Below are positions 39,050-52,139 of a DNA stretch of 64,000 nt, in pieces. A model generated the notes under the pieces. The model was not told the DNA's origin. It did not search any database and saw only the letters and a list, made by a program, of their open reading frames with translations. Origin of the DNA: Lytechinus pictus (lineage: Eukaryota); contig NW_026974149.1 of assembly GCF_037042905.1 (NCBI RefSeq), forward strand, positions 1,054,001 to 1,118,000, written 5' to 3'. Position numbers and translations under genes: made by a program. The stretch's first letter is position 1. Each line of letters opens with the position of its first letter.

Positions 39050-39950
39050 TAGCATTGACCATTGTCTTAATCTTATTTTGGCGTGTGTAGTTACCAAACA
39101 AACACATATTTTGATGAATGAGAAAATGTGTCTTGCAGATTATTTTAGCTCAAAACCTACATGTATGTGATTTCATTAGCATATAGGCCAATGTCATAAA
39201 ATAAAGAGATAGTAGTTCAATCCACATCATGCTGTTTACACATTTATTGATTTGATATGCTGTTACCATGGCAACACATTTTCCAATATATGTCTTGCAG
39301 ATCTATACCTCAAAATCAATGTGTGAGCCTACTTTTATAATTGGTTGAACACAAACGAAGGGGTTGAAACAATAAGATTCTCACCTTATTTCATTATATG
39401 ATATTTTGTTACCATGGCAACACGATTTCTGATACAGACAAAAATATGTCTAAGACATCTTCAACTCAAGACTAATTTGTGTGCCAAATTCTTAGGAGAA
39501 TTGACCAGTTGAAAACTGATAAAGTAATTCAAATCACAAGATTTTAATCTATGTTTTGTTATTTTATTTGTTACCATTGCATCACAATTTCTTATAAAGG
39601 CATAAAATATATTTTGCACATCTTCACATCAGACTTTAATATGTTTGTGCCACATTTCATTAGATTTGGTTAAAAACTGAGGAAGTAGTTGGAACAGCAA
39701 TGTTTATACATAATATTTGCCATAATATACCGTTACCATGGCAACACAATTTCCGACACATGCAAAAATGTGTCCTGCACATCTTTTCCTCTTTCCTCTT
39801 TCCAACTTTCATGAGAATTGTTAGAAAACTGATTGAGTATTTTAAACGGCAAAATTTTGGCCGTAATACACTGTTACCATGGCAACAAAATATCTGAAAA
39901 AAGAAAAAAAAAATCTTACACCTCCTTACCTTAAGACCATACCCCCTGCG
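39050..39950. repeat. ~150-bp unit array with GTTACCATGGCAAC (RFX X-box-like) motifs
   Basis: Exact copies at 39262, 39408, 39732 and 39873; a degenerate copy at 39570. Confidence 0.8.
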
Positions 39951-40161
39951 CGGGTTTAAGTTTTTGAGGATTTATTACCACACTTAGACCAGGGTTAACT
40001 TAAACCTTGCTATCGGAATACGAAACTTAAACCTAGGTTTAAATATGAAGTTTATTCCCTCACTTAGACTATAGGGTTAAGTTAAACCACGTTATCAGAA
40101 TATACAAGCATATATGCGTTTTATGTGTTCAAGCAAAAATTGCATCATAACGAATATCAAG

Positions 40162-40299
40162 ATGAAGGCTGAGAAAAAAAGGAAAGCTCATTTCACTGAA
40201 GGAGAGAAAATCTTGTGACCCAAGCTTAATTCAAGTATTACGTTTCAGGATAAAGAAAAGGCGTGGGCTGAAATTGCCTTGAAACTAAAACAATTAAGA
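40162..40299 (+). pseudogene. Remnant of a Harbinger-associated Myb/SANT-like DNA-binding protein
   Basis: MKAEKKRKAHFTEGEKIL* ... SITFQDKEKAWAEIALKL, preceded by Harbinger-like TTAAACC subterminal repeats at 39955-40100. Confidence 0.65.
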
Positions 40300-40939
40300 C
40301 AACCCACAACTGTCTTAAAGTTAGGGCTAAATTCTTAGCCATGTAGTATTTATGAAATAGAGACTCTGCAGTTTTAAGAAAAGTTACTTAGCCATTCTTC
40401 CTATATCTGTCTTAGTCGCGCAAAACGTCTTAGCCAAATTCTAAGACAAAATTCTTAGCCAATTCTTTATGGAATACGCGTTTTGGCAAAGAATTTTGTC
40501 TTCGACAGAAAATAAGACAAAATTCTTAGATTTTTTACTTAAGCATGCTTATCTCGTTTATGGAATACGGGCCCAGAATCTAAAGTCCCCGGGGGGCACT
40601 TACATTGACGAGTGGATACCATGCGCGACCCCCAAAACACATAAAAAGGATGTATTTTTCGAGATAGAGCACGTTACGTACGTAACGTAATAAGGGATTC
40701 CAAAAACACTAAAATAATGGAAAAGGGTATCTTTTTCGCATGGAAAAGCTACGTGTTTTGGGTCAAATTTGCGAGGGTAAACCGAATAAAATATTATATG
40801 AAGGATGTACTTTTGCTCCCACAGTCATCACTACGTGTTTAGAGTCCGATTTGCGCTAGGTGTGGGAAGTAGGGCCGTACTAAGCCCACTGATGAAGGTA
40901 AAAGTAAAACCGACGTCCGTGACATATAACACTTAAACA

Positions 40940-41630
40940 GATAGATGGATTGGATGATATATAAAATATAGGTGGATAGATTCATAGAGAATAGATAGAT
41001 AAACATACATAATAATTGAAACATATAAATATATATTAGATTGAAAGATAAATGGATCGATAGACAGATAGACAGACAAATTCAAACAGANNNNNNNNNN
41101 NNNNNNNNNNNNNNNNNNNNNNNNNNNNNNNNNNNNNNNNNNNNNNNNNNNNNNNNNNNNNNNNNNNNNNNNNNNNNNNNNNNNNNNNNNNNNNNNNNNN
41201 NNNNNNNNNNNNNNNNNNNNNNNNNNNNNNNNNNNATTGATATAGAAAGATATACATATTCAAACAGGTAGATATATATTAGAGAAATAGATAGTTAGCC
41301 AGACAGACATACATATAGATAGATAGATACAGACAGGCAGATAGATAGATATATAGACATATTTAAACAGATAGATATATATATCATACAGAGAGAGAGA
41401 GATCGATAGATATAAGAAATAGGTAGATAGACAGACAGACATATGGATAGATAGATAGAGTGAGAAAGCGAAAGAGAGAAAAACATATTCAATTAGATAG
41501 ATATATATTAGACAGAGAGATAGATAGATATGTCATGTAGGTAGATAGATAGACAGACAGATAGATAGATAGAAAGATATATAGATTTATAACATAGATA
41601 GCGGATAGATAGAAGGATATAGATAGAGGT
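40940..41630. repeat. (GATA/GACA)n microsatellite containing an assembly gap (N at 41091-41235)
   Basis: Directly visible. Confidence 0.95.
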
Positions 41631-41759
41631 AATATGAAAAAAGTAATTATGATATGTTTTATTTCGCAATATTTTAGCTATTAATTAGAATTCTTATAAT
41701 TGATCGTGCGCAAGATAGTAAAAAAAATAAAATGCAAGTCCACGATGCTCCAATATTTC

Positions 41760-43620
41760 CCATACACTTTACACGTATGCGAAATACGACAATCTCAAAT
41801 CCAATTTTGCAAGTGAAATACGGGCATGATCCCGGCATCTGATTGGAGCATGAAGGCAACATTTCCGAAAGCTTAGAATCTCAGCTACAACATACCAAAT
41901 GCTCAGGGATGACAGACAAGAAGGAATGGAGATATGGCTCACCAAATAGAGGAATGTAGAATCTAGTTTTGAAAAAAAAGTCATGTCCCATAGAGATAAC
42001 ACGCAAGATGAGTAAAAATGACATGCCTTTATTATTTGCAATTTTTCAGGAAGATCCTTTGTTTTTAAATGAAAATTTTCAAAATTGGTCGCAAATTGAC
42101 CATTATTCACGGAGTTAGAGCCAAATTTGCATAATTATAATGACGTCATAAAACGCAAAATGGATATTTTGACTTCCAACGCCATTTTGATGACGTCATA
42201 ATATACGTTAGGGTCCAATGAGACATGAAATTATATGTATGATTCATACTCTATTGAATCATGAAAAAATGGGGGTCCCCGTTCGTTCTGAAGAGCTACA
42301 GTAAATTTTTAATCGGCATGTTTTTGCCAATATAGAGCCTACGGAAAAAGCTCGCGCGCACGCGTGCTGCAAACTTTAATGGGTGCTCATTCCCTCATCA
42401 ATGATCGTAGAGAGCTGATCGAGGTATCAATTTGATCAGAATTATATCAATAATAGATACGCATAAAAAAACATGGAATTTATGCTGCATAACGCCGTTG
42501 CGCTCGAAAACGCGCGGCGCGCGCAAAATGTTGAAATGCTTGAAATGACCTGAAATGTACCCAAAATTAATTGTAGAGTAAATATTGCGAAAGCTTAGAA
42601 TCTCAGCTACATCATACTAAAAGCTTAGGGATAACTGACAAGAAAAATGGAGATAGAGCTCACGAAATAGATAAATGTAGAATCTATATTTGAGAAAAAG
42701 TCATGTCCCTTCAGATTTTACGCAAAATGAGGAAAAATAACATGCCTCTTTTCATTGCTGTTTTACGCCATAATGCATTTCTCAAAATAAAAATCTATGT
42801 TAATAAGGAGAAAGAGTACATTTTAAACTACAACATATCGAATCTCGGCAAAAAAGGATCAATATTTACAGAGTTATAATCAAATTTGTATAAATTTGAT
42901 TATGTCATTTTTGAAAAAATTAAATTTTCAGTTTAGGCGAAATTTCGATGACGTCATTATCAAATTGAGGGACAATTGTGTCGTGTTTTTCCATATAGAG
43001 CCTATGGAAAGAGCTCGCGCGCACGCGTGCTGCAAATTATAATCGGTGATCATTCCCTCATTAATGATTGTAGAGAGCTGATCGAGGTATCAATTTGATC
43101 AGATTTATATTAATATTAGATACGCATAGAATAAAGAACAAATTCATGCTGCGTGACGCCGTTACGTACGAGAATGCGCGCAGATACATGCGCGCGCAAA
43201 ATGTTGAAATGCTTAAAATGACCTGAAACGTACCCAACAATTTTTAGAGGCCATTTTGAGAATTTGTATAGGTTTGACGCGCGTGTCATGGCCTTTACAT
43301 GACCTTTGATGACATTGACAGACGACTTTTTACCTAAAGTTTATTTGATATAAGTTTGATCTATTATTGATGATCCGTTATGTTGATATGATTAAATTAA
43401 TAATTTTACAAAATGGCGCGTAGATGACGTCATCATAACCAGATGACCTTGAAAAGCATAGTATGCCGTCTCTATGTTAGACTCTATATATGACAGAAAC
43501 AAATCAGTCAAATTGATTCAGCCGATTCGGAGAAAAGTTTGCGACAACCATAGGTACCAAGAATAAATCAATTAAGAAATAAAGAAATAAAATTATGACG
43601 AAATTAAAGGAAACCAACAG
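41760..43620. repeat. Unclassified interspersed repeat with an internal ~0.7-kb direct duplication
   Basis: 41866-42030 matches 42587-42750, and 42330-42560 matches 42993-43235. Confidence 0.75.
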
Positions 43621-43855
43621 TTTCGAATTTATATCTTATCATATTGTTAGGGGTTAAATGTGCTTTAAGTTGATATATCGATCACCAAATTTGACCCTCG
43701 GGGTGATTCACAATAACTTGCAAAGAGTCCCAAAATGAATGCATTATTCACGTCGTCTGCTGTCATGGGGGCAGCCATGTTTTCTTTCTCGAGTTCGCTT
43801 GTGACGTATTTGTGGACAACTCGATCGCGCGTATTATCAGTTCTCTGTGTGCAAG

Positions 43856-44205
43856 ATGGTGCTGTGCCAAGCTTTCGGGTGTTCGAATCGGAGCAGAAAA
43901 TGTCAGGACGAGAGTTTTCACCCGATTCCCGATCCAAAAAGCGATGCAGAATTGTGCAAAAAGTGGTTAGCTGCCTTTCGAGTGGAGAAATTTAATCCAA
44001 ATTCCTACCAGTATGACAGGAATAATGTAATTTGTAGTGATCAATTCACGGCAAGTAACTTCATGGAGGACATTCGTGCACGGCTTATGAACACGAAACC
44101 AAGGAAAATGCTGAAAGAAGGTGCTGTTCATTCCATATTTGCTCATCGGGCTCCTCCAAAAGTGAGAGAACAAAGAAGATGCTGTCTCAAAGATCTGCAA
44201 AGCAG
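43856..44205 (+). pseudogene. THAP zinc-finger first exon, probably from a DNA transposon, with degenerate motifs
   Basis: MVLCQAFGCSN..SFHPIP..LCKKW..VICSDQF..LKEGAVHSIF; the zinc-ligand His reads Q and AVP reads AVH; CAG|GTTAGT donor; GGCAGCCATGTTTT just upstream. Confidence 0.85.
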
Positions 44206-44307
44206 GTTAGTATAGTTTGATGCTGAAATTATAAATAACCAGTTTGAAAAAAAAATCATGTTTGTATTATCTTCGCGCGCACCCTTGTTTACGAATGGGG
44301 TCGGGGC

Positions 44308-44331
44308 CATAGAGTTGGATCCAACTCTATG
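44308..44331. mobile_element. 24-bp perfect palindromic micro-element with an 8-bp TSD (P-element-like CATAGAG ends)
   Basis: GTCGGGGC|CATAGAGTTGGATCCAACTCTATG|GTCGGGGC. Confidence 0.8.
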
Positions 44332-45257
44332 GTCGGGGCAGAGGCCGGGGACCGTACGCAGAGCTCTATCCGCCCCGCTAGCGCTCCCTGCATTCTGAAC
44401 GAAAACACGGCTGCTAGCAGCTCCATGCAACGCTGATTCTGGCTGCGTGACGTGATGCTGCATGCTGGACAGGCTCTAATTTCTTGTGCTGGAGTCAGTT
44501 GCTGATTGAGATTGAATGATGATGTTGCAGGTGATATAGAAATAGAACAGATCTAAAATAAAGATGCATGTATCCTACATTATCATATTATACATGAGAT
44601 TATACACTCCAACAATTAATAAATCTAGAATCTTAAAGTTATAATTAAAATTATGAAATAAGAAGACGAACTGACGAAGATCTACATTTTTTTTGCACAG
44701 ATCAATCGTCTGTCACTGCGTTCTGTTATGAATCGGTGTCATTGTCAGCTTTCGATGAGACCCGGCCCAGGCCTCTCATCCGATGTGAAATTCACTTGAA
44801 AAAAAGTGTGGTAAAATTAACTAATTAATTAAGTAACAATATCACTGATCAACTATTTTGACAATGTTTTATGTTTACATTTTGTTCCAAACCAACTGTG
44901 CAGATCCACAAGGGCACAATGGCTGTATTTTTGTCATGGGGCAAGATAAGATTGATAAAATGTGAAGAAACTAAAGCAATGGAGCGAAGTGACTGCTTGT
45001 CATGTGGGTTTTTTTTACAGTTTTTTAAAGTAAGTTGAAGGATGTCTGTCACCCTTGTGAAAATTGTAAAAAAAAAATTGAGTGAAAAAAAAAAATTGGG
45101 GGGAATCATTTTTGGGGGGTGTTATGGCTATGGATGCCATATTTTTTTTTTTTTGCTTGATGTTTACGAGTTCCATTCCATAATCAAACCTGCTTTTCTT
45201 GATGATTGAAATATTAAACATATCATTCATCTAATTTTAAATTTATGTACCTGGACA

Positions 45258-45515
45258 CAGGGGCGGATCCAGGATTTTTCGAAAGGGGGGGGGGGCACAT
45301 TTTCCTGATAAAAATTTGACAAACGAAAAAACAAACAAACTTATAACCAAAAAATAAAGGGATTTCATCCACAAAAATATTTGACAAGCAAAAAAATGTA
45401 AAGGCCTTTACTTCCAAAAGGGGGGCATACAGTCTACTTCTGTTTTAATGGCATTTTTACATTACAAATTTTAATTGTGCCCCACAAAATGGGGGGGGGG
45501 GGCACGGGCTGGCTG
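45258..45515. mobile_element. hAT-type MITE, right end truncated
   Basis: Starts CAGGGGCGGATCCAGGATTTT; similar to the 30972 and 37193 elements. Confidence 0.65.
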
Positions 45516-46562
45516 AGAAGTACATGTATGCCATATCCTACATGTAAAGCTGATGTTTATTCTTGTACCAAGGCAGCCCTCATCTAATCTTACATGGAGA
45601 AAATATGTGTTACATGACATGCTAAGAATTCAACAAAGATTTTCCTATTTGCGATTTCTGTTAAAATTACCTTCGAACAAATTGCTTATGTATTTCTTAA
45701 ATGTGAATATGAAATTTTATTTTGGAATGAAGTTCACGAATGGTTAAATGCCATGCATATAAAACTACAAAATTTAGTGACATTGAAATTTGTTTTGGAG
45801 TTATAACCTTCAATAACTTTTTTTTTCACCAATGTAATTGTTGTTTCCAAAATGTTTCTTTTATTCATGTAAATACAAGAATATCAAACCCACTTTTGCT
45901 CACTTTACACTTCGTTTGGAAAAAATAGAAACTGAAAAAATTATTGCTTTTAAAAGTGAGTGATAAATGTTGAAAAGTAGAATATTTTGTGTAGAAAATG
46001 GGGCAGATTCTGTTCCCCATCTACAGTTTGCATGATAAATCCGCCGCACGAAATTTTTCAACTGCATCGCCCGCTGACTTTATATTTCAAATATGGCGCA
46101 ACTTTTGAGACCAAATTTGCGATGCCCGGGTACGCGGTTATAAAATTACGCAATATTATGTACATGTAGGCCCCAAAACTGCTAAAAACGTGAAATCATC
46201 TACAAATTCAATGCCAAGTTTGTATTTAGTCAAAATTCTAAATTTATCATTATAACTACTTTTACTGATTGAACTTAATTTTGTCTTGCTTATGATCTTG
46301 GGCCCGTACCACAAAACTTAGCAATGATCGTAGAAACACTTTTCTACGATTGATTCCACTGACTACAATACACAGTCAATCTCTATGACATGACTTCTGC
46401 TTTCCTTGACAGAGCCGCAGCAGGTGTGCTCAGTCCAGGGCATGTACATGTATGATCTTTTAAAGTGATGTGGACATTGCTCTGGCTCCATTTCTGCTTT
46501 TATTAATTTTTCATGGTGAACTTATCTTCAACACCTAAAGCCAAACATTTGCGAGACACTAA

Positions 46563-49261
46563 TTTTGTGTATGTGTATTCTAACTCTAATACACACTTGA
46601 ACTCATACTCGGTCTCGATCTCTACTCAATAACTAGGCATGTCTGCTTGGCTTGGAGTTACATTCACAACTGACTTTATTCTCTATACTAAACTACAGTA
46701 TATAATTCACTGTACATAGTTACATAATATTCGGAGGAAGGCAAAGTGATAAGGAAAGTATAAACAGATGGAGTTGAACAAGGGGTTGTTCATGGTGGGG
46801 GTAATACAGCATGGTCAATATTTACACAACTGGTCTGGGGAGGAAACATGATGATAGTGAGCTTATGAACGGAGATGGAAACAGTAGTTGAGATAATGAG
46901 GCATGCATTAATAGCATGATAAAATGACAGAATGAAAGTATGGTTTGATGAAGAATGAAATGTGTTGTATGAACACAATATCCCTCCCTTGTTTGGAATA
47001 AAACTTGTACCATCAAAAGATCCTCACAAAATCCAATCACTGGATCTCATTAACAAAGTCATAAACTCATAATCAACATTATCACAAATTAATCTTTCTG
47101 GAACATATATTCTATAAATTAATTTCTGCTAGACCTTGTGGCATTGTAATACTTGAGGGCAATAACAACAATCGTAAGATTTTCAACATGCATATAGCTT
47201 CTCCAGTTTACTTGAACAAATCACATGTGAACCAAGCTTTGCTATTAATGGAATAAGTCAAAGGAAATTAATGTTCTCAGTTCTTCCTCTTTTCCTCTGC
47301 TTTACTACATATACTCTATTTACAAAGTTTCACAGTTCGGTTCCGTAGGTCATACTCAATCCAGTTCCGTAATCAAGTTATCAGTCCATATTTCTCAACT
47401 TATTTTAGTGCCGAATATTCCTCCTCTGAACATTCCTCCTCTTATTCTTTCTTCGTTGGACAACGGTCCATAGCTCGTGATCATCCTCCTTATCAACGTG
47501 CTGCTCCTGTGTCTGAGCACCTCCTGCTAAGCGTATCAGTCCCAGCTCTGTTGATGTCTTCCTACTGAGTGCGCATCCGCTGTTGTCTCGCACTACCACA
47601 AATCGAGTCGTGGTCGATGATGAAGCTGTCGACACTCTCCCAAAGAATTGTCCCAGGAGTGGAAGTGGGCTGCGACTTCCATACGCGTATAATCTCATGC
47701 GACTGGGGGTCAACCGGAGTGGTGAGCACCGGCCTCTCATCCAGCTAAAAGTACGCTCATCAATGATGTCTACTGACGATCCCGAATCAACAAGGGTATT
47801 GATCCTTGCATTGTTCACCATAATTGATCTTTTAGGAAGGGCATTCCCCTCCTCTCTCACGCTGAACATTAAATTGTCCTCATTTGAGTTGAAGCTGGTC
47901 TCACTCAAATTGTCACTCGTCTTCGCTGCCAAGTTTGCACCTTCCCCAATCCCAGCAAAATCGTTATTCTTGACATGGTTGATAGGAGCTTGTCTCGAGC
48001 TCAAACTACCAGACCTCAGTTTCGTACGGCAAACTCGTGCAAAATGACCTACTCGTTTGCAAACAAGACACTCACGATTTTGGGCGGGGCATCCTCGATC
48101 TCCTGGTCGATGTCCCAATATTCCACAGTTTCCGCATATATTGTCGTGATTGTTCACACTCTCTGATGATTGCGGTTGTCTCACTTGCCTGTCACTGCGA
48201 TGAGGCTGTCTCACATTTCCTCCTTTAACTACATACGCAGATTCCGAAGTTCCTCCCGAAGCTTCCATCACTCCAGCCTGTCGGTCTGCAGATTCAGTCG
48301 CTCTTGCTATCGATAGCAAGTCATCCAGTTTCAGGTCATCTGTCCTGAGTAGCTTCCTTCGAAGTGAGCTAGATGTACATTTATCCACAATTTGGTCACG
48401 TATATGTTCATCGGTATGTTCACCAAATGCACATGATGCTGCCAATACACGCAGTCCAGTGCAATACTCATCGACTGTCTCATCATCACTTTGGACTGCT
48501 TGTCGAAATGCATGTCTCTCGAATACCACATTCTTCCTGGGCTCAAAATATTTGGTCAGAGCCTTCAGCGTTGTCTCATACTTAGGCTCATCCTCATCTA
48601 CCAGTGTCTCATATAACTCTTGAACTTCTGGTCCTGCACAGTGCAGTAGAAGGGCCCGCTTCTGACCATCTGCTGAGACTCCTGATGCTGCTAGGTAGTA
48701 CTCAAATACTCGCCTCCATTTTGGCCAGGCAATCCCTGCCCTAGCCGAACGAACATCAAAGGGTGCTGGCTGTGAAAGGTCCACGCGTCGAGCCATACTT
48801 TCTCTGCCTTTTCAGGTTTTTATTTTTTTATCCTCGTCGCCAATTTGGTGTATGTGTATTCTAACTCTAATACACACTTGAACTCATACTCGTTCTCGAT
48901 CTCTACTCAATAACTAGGCATGTCTGCTTGGCTTGGAGTTACATTCACAACTGACTTTATTCTCTATACTAAACTACAGTATATAATTCACTGTACATAG
49001 TTACATAATATTCGGAGGAAGGCAAAGTGATAAGGAAAGTATAAACAGATGGAGTTGAACAAGGGGTTGTTCATGGTGGGGGTAATACAGCATGGTCAAT
49101 ATTTACACAACTGGTCTGGGGAGGAAACATGATGATAGTGAGCTTATGAACGGAGATGGAAACAGTAGTTGAGATAATGAGGCATGCATTAATAGCATGA
49201 TAAAATGACAGAATGAAAGTATGGTTTGATGAAGAATGAAATGTGTTGTATGAACACAATA
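46563..49261 (-). mobile_element. Gypsy (Mag-like) LTR retroelement, 2.7 kb, gag-protease only
   Basis: 418-bp LTRs at 46563-46980 and 48844-49261 with about 2 visible differences; PBS TGGCGACGAGGAT (48830-48842) complementary to the tRNA-Ser(GCU) 3' end; PPT AAGGGAGGGA (46981-46990); TSD ACTAA(T). Confidence 0.93.
47405..48796 (-). CDS. gag: Gag with two CCHC-type knuckles plus aspartic protease, intact 463 aa
   Basis: KRALLLHCAG, ERHAFRQAVQ..ETVDEY, IRDQIV; CGNCGILGH..C and CLVCKRVGHFARVC; LVDSGS. Confidence 0.93.
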   Translation of the reverse strand: MARRVDLSQPAPFDVRSARAGIAWPKWRRVFEYYLAASGVSADGQKRALLLHCAGPEVQELYETLVDEDEPKYETTLKALTKYFEPRKNVVFERHAFRQAVQSDDETVDEYCTGLRVLAASCAFGEHTDEHIRDQIVDKCTSSSLRRKLLRTDDLKLDDLLSIARATESADRQAGVMEASGGTSESAYVVKGGNVRQPHRSDRQVRQPQSSESVNNHDNICGNCGILGHRPGDRGCPAQNRECLVCKRVGHFARVCRTKLRSGSLSSRQAPINHVKNNDFAGIGEGANLAAKTSDNLSETSFNSNEDNLMFSVREEGNALPKRSIMVNNARINTLVDSGSSVDIIDERTFSWMRGRCSPLRLTPSRMRLYAYGSRSPLPLLGQFFGRVSTASSSTTTRFVVVRDNSGCALSRKTSTELGLIRLAGGAQTQEQHVDKEDDHELWTVVQRRKNKRRNVQRRNIRH

Positions 49262-52139
49262 ACTAATACACTTTCAAGTTATATGCACTAATATAGTAGG
49301 CCTATATAAATTGTTCGTTGTTTTATTATTTTTTGCAGTCTACTGTCCAATCCCACGAAGAGCCAGAGGAAACTGTTGATCTGCAAATGACTGACTTGGA
49401 AAAGGAAGAGCATGCTCATGTATGAAATCCACATCATAATTCAAAAAATGCTGTTACATTTTGTAAAAACTTGTTTAAAATTCGCCTTATTTCCCATTTA
49501 TACTCTACGTGTATTTCATAGCATATTAAGCTACATCTTAAATAGGCTACAGTTTCATAATTTAATAACTGCCGTTGCATTTTCTTAAGTTGTTTGTTTT
49601 GCATGTGGAAATGACCAGACTGTCAGTCACATTGAAAATATTGGTAACATTGGATTTGATGAATTTGTACTTGTAGAATTTAATTGTTTCCATACAGTAC
49701 ACTGACTGTATACCTGTGATCTTAAATGTATTAAAAAGTGTACAGGAAATAATAAATTTTTAAAGCATCATTCATTGGGTTAGAATGCACACATGCTAAA
49801 GTTGTATACTATTTTAATGTGTTTGCCTTGTCAAGACATCAATAAATTGAGGGAAATCTTGGAATTCTGACCAATTATGCTTATTATGAGCAAAGAGCAA
49901 TGCACATCAAAGTTGGCATACATGCACACAAGGGTATGGGTGTTGATCATCATCAGTTTCTACATGTAGTTCCCCCACGTACATGTAATACCAAAATCAA
50001 TTTGGTTTTTCGTCATTGAATTGCCTCTGTGATTGAATTAAAGCTGTCATATGATTATATTTATTTTCTTTGGTGTCAAAGTCGAATTTGACATTTGTCA
50101 TTCTTGTGAAGGGTAGGGATGCCTATAGTTATTAATCTATTATTCCCTTTTTGTCCATAAGTTCACTTATGTAACTTGAGAATAGTCCGCATGTAGAGTT
50201 ATACTGTACAGTTATCTTTCATTTAGGGTACAACACAATATGTTCTTGCCAAAATAATATTATGTCAGTAATTGCATAATCAGAACATGTTTTTTGTTGC
50301 ATGCACATAGATACATCTATGTAGTTTGAGGCTTTAGTTTTTGAACAGTTTTATTTTATTAAATATTTATCTGCTTATAGCAAAAAAGTTATGGTATGTG
50401 GTGGTATAGGAATGTAGAGTGACCAAACAATGATTTGTTAATTATACATTTGAACTTGCCTAATGACCATCCTATCATAATTAAGTCAAATTATCACCCA
50501 AATCAAAACAGTTTTCAAGAGAAGATGATTCAAAACAAACTTGTCATCAATGTATTATAGTTTCAGTGTACATTGAATTTTGCCTAGTAAAGCTAAACAA
50601 ACTTGTGGTGTGAGAAGGTACATGTACATAAGGCGGTATTATTTGTATTAATTTCTATGTAATCCTTTGTCAGTATAGATGGCAATGAAATTTCATGAAT
50701 ACAGAAAATTGTTTCATGCTCCTGATTAATTAGGGGGGAAAATCATTTTTTTTTTTATTAAAAATATAACATACATGTAACACTCTTCTTCTTTACCAGG
50801 CTAAACACAACAATAAGGTTTGATTTTTAAATATAGATATAATTGGAATGTACAGTATGTTGAAAAGGATTGAAGAAATTGAAATAAATTAAAGAGCATT
50901 TTTTTTGCTGCCATGTCCAAAAAATAAAAAAGGGAATGGAATCTGACAGCATCAGAAACAAGCATTTTAAGAACTACTAATTTATCTAGATGAAGGACAA
51001 CATAGGATTGTGTCATGATACAAGATACATGAACATGTGATTATTGTGTTATTAACATGTGATTATTGTGTTATGAAGCATCGTTTTATTTGATGATTTT
51101 ACGGCTTTGTTTTGTTTTTGCCTTATACAATTTGGCATTCATTTGAATGTGAATTTTTGGTTTAATGGAGAATGACATTCAAGTGGAACATCTTATCTTA
51201 AATTAGGGGGTAATTAAAGTTCTTAAAAAAATGTCTCATTCTTAAAGTGTTGGGAAAAAATGGGGTAGTTACATGTATGCTACAGACGGATTCATGTGAA
51301 GTTACAACTGAAAAAGCATTTCCTGTATTTTTGGAAATTTATTCATGGTGTTGTACATTGTACTTGCGCATATTCTTTTATTTTGATAATCTGAAGAATT
51401 GTTTGGTATAAACAAAAGATTACTTGAATTATTTTAGGATTTGTCTGTTCGGCGTTAATTCATTGCCTGTACTGCTTTTTTTTTACTTCGTGATAAATCA
51501 AACAGAAATTACCTTATGTGCCATGTTCAAGCAGGCTTATTTGTTTTTTCTTACAAAAGGGAATCGTTTTTACACTTCACCAATATATTTTCAACGATGG
51601 ATACTGAACTTCGTGATGAATTTAGATGAAAAAAATTCTCCATAAGAGAATGTGAAATTATCTTGGGATAGATTGCATGTTGGTACATGTCACATAAGTT
51701 AGTCTCTGTTTCCAATAGTTTAATTGAATAGTTAAATCAGTTTTCTTAAACTAATTTGCAAAACCCACCCCACCCCTTGAAATATCCAGGGATTCTTGCA
51801 AATATGTAGTAACTGCGAACAAGTCAATGATTTTTTTGGCAATTATAATAATCAACTGATATCTATATCCTTGAGGAAGGGAGAGGGGTTTCCTCAGTAT
51901 TTTATTAGATAAATAATAACTGACAATTATTTATTATTATAATTATACATCATTCATTGCTTATATGAATTTGTGTAGGTTTTTTTTATCAATAGTGAAC
52001 ATTGAAATTCTGAATGCATTTTTTATCCACTCCTGGGAAATATAATTCCATGGCATTTGTCCTACCATCCCCATTATTTCCATTACAATCACCAAGATAT
52101 AGTGCCATGATTTGGTTACAAGCCCTTATAAAAAAAATT

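Larger units (their letters stand above)
31377..40573. mobile_element. PIF/Harbinger-type element (~9 kb including nested inserts), left end tandemly duplicated
   Basis: CAG|GGCCCGTATTCCATAAACAAGATAAGC at 31377 and 31503; GCTTATCTCGTTTATGGAATACGGGCC|CAG at 40573; 3-bp TSD CAG. Confidence 0.75.

Noticed and set aside
46790-46978. Identical 62-aa ORFs at 46790 and 49071
   Set aside because: They are the two LTR copies.
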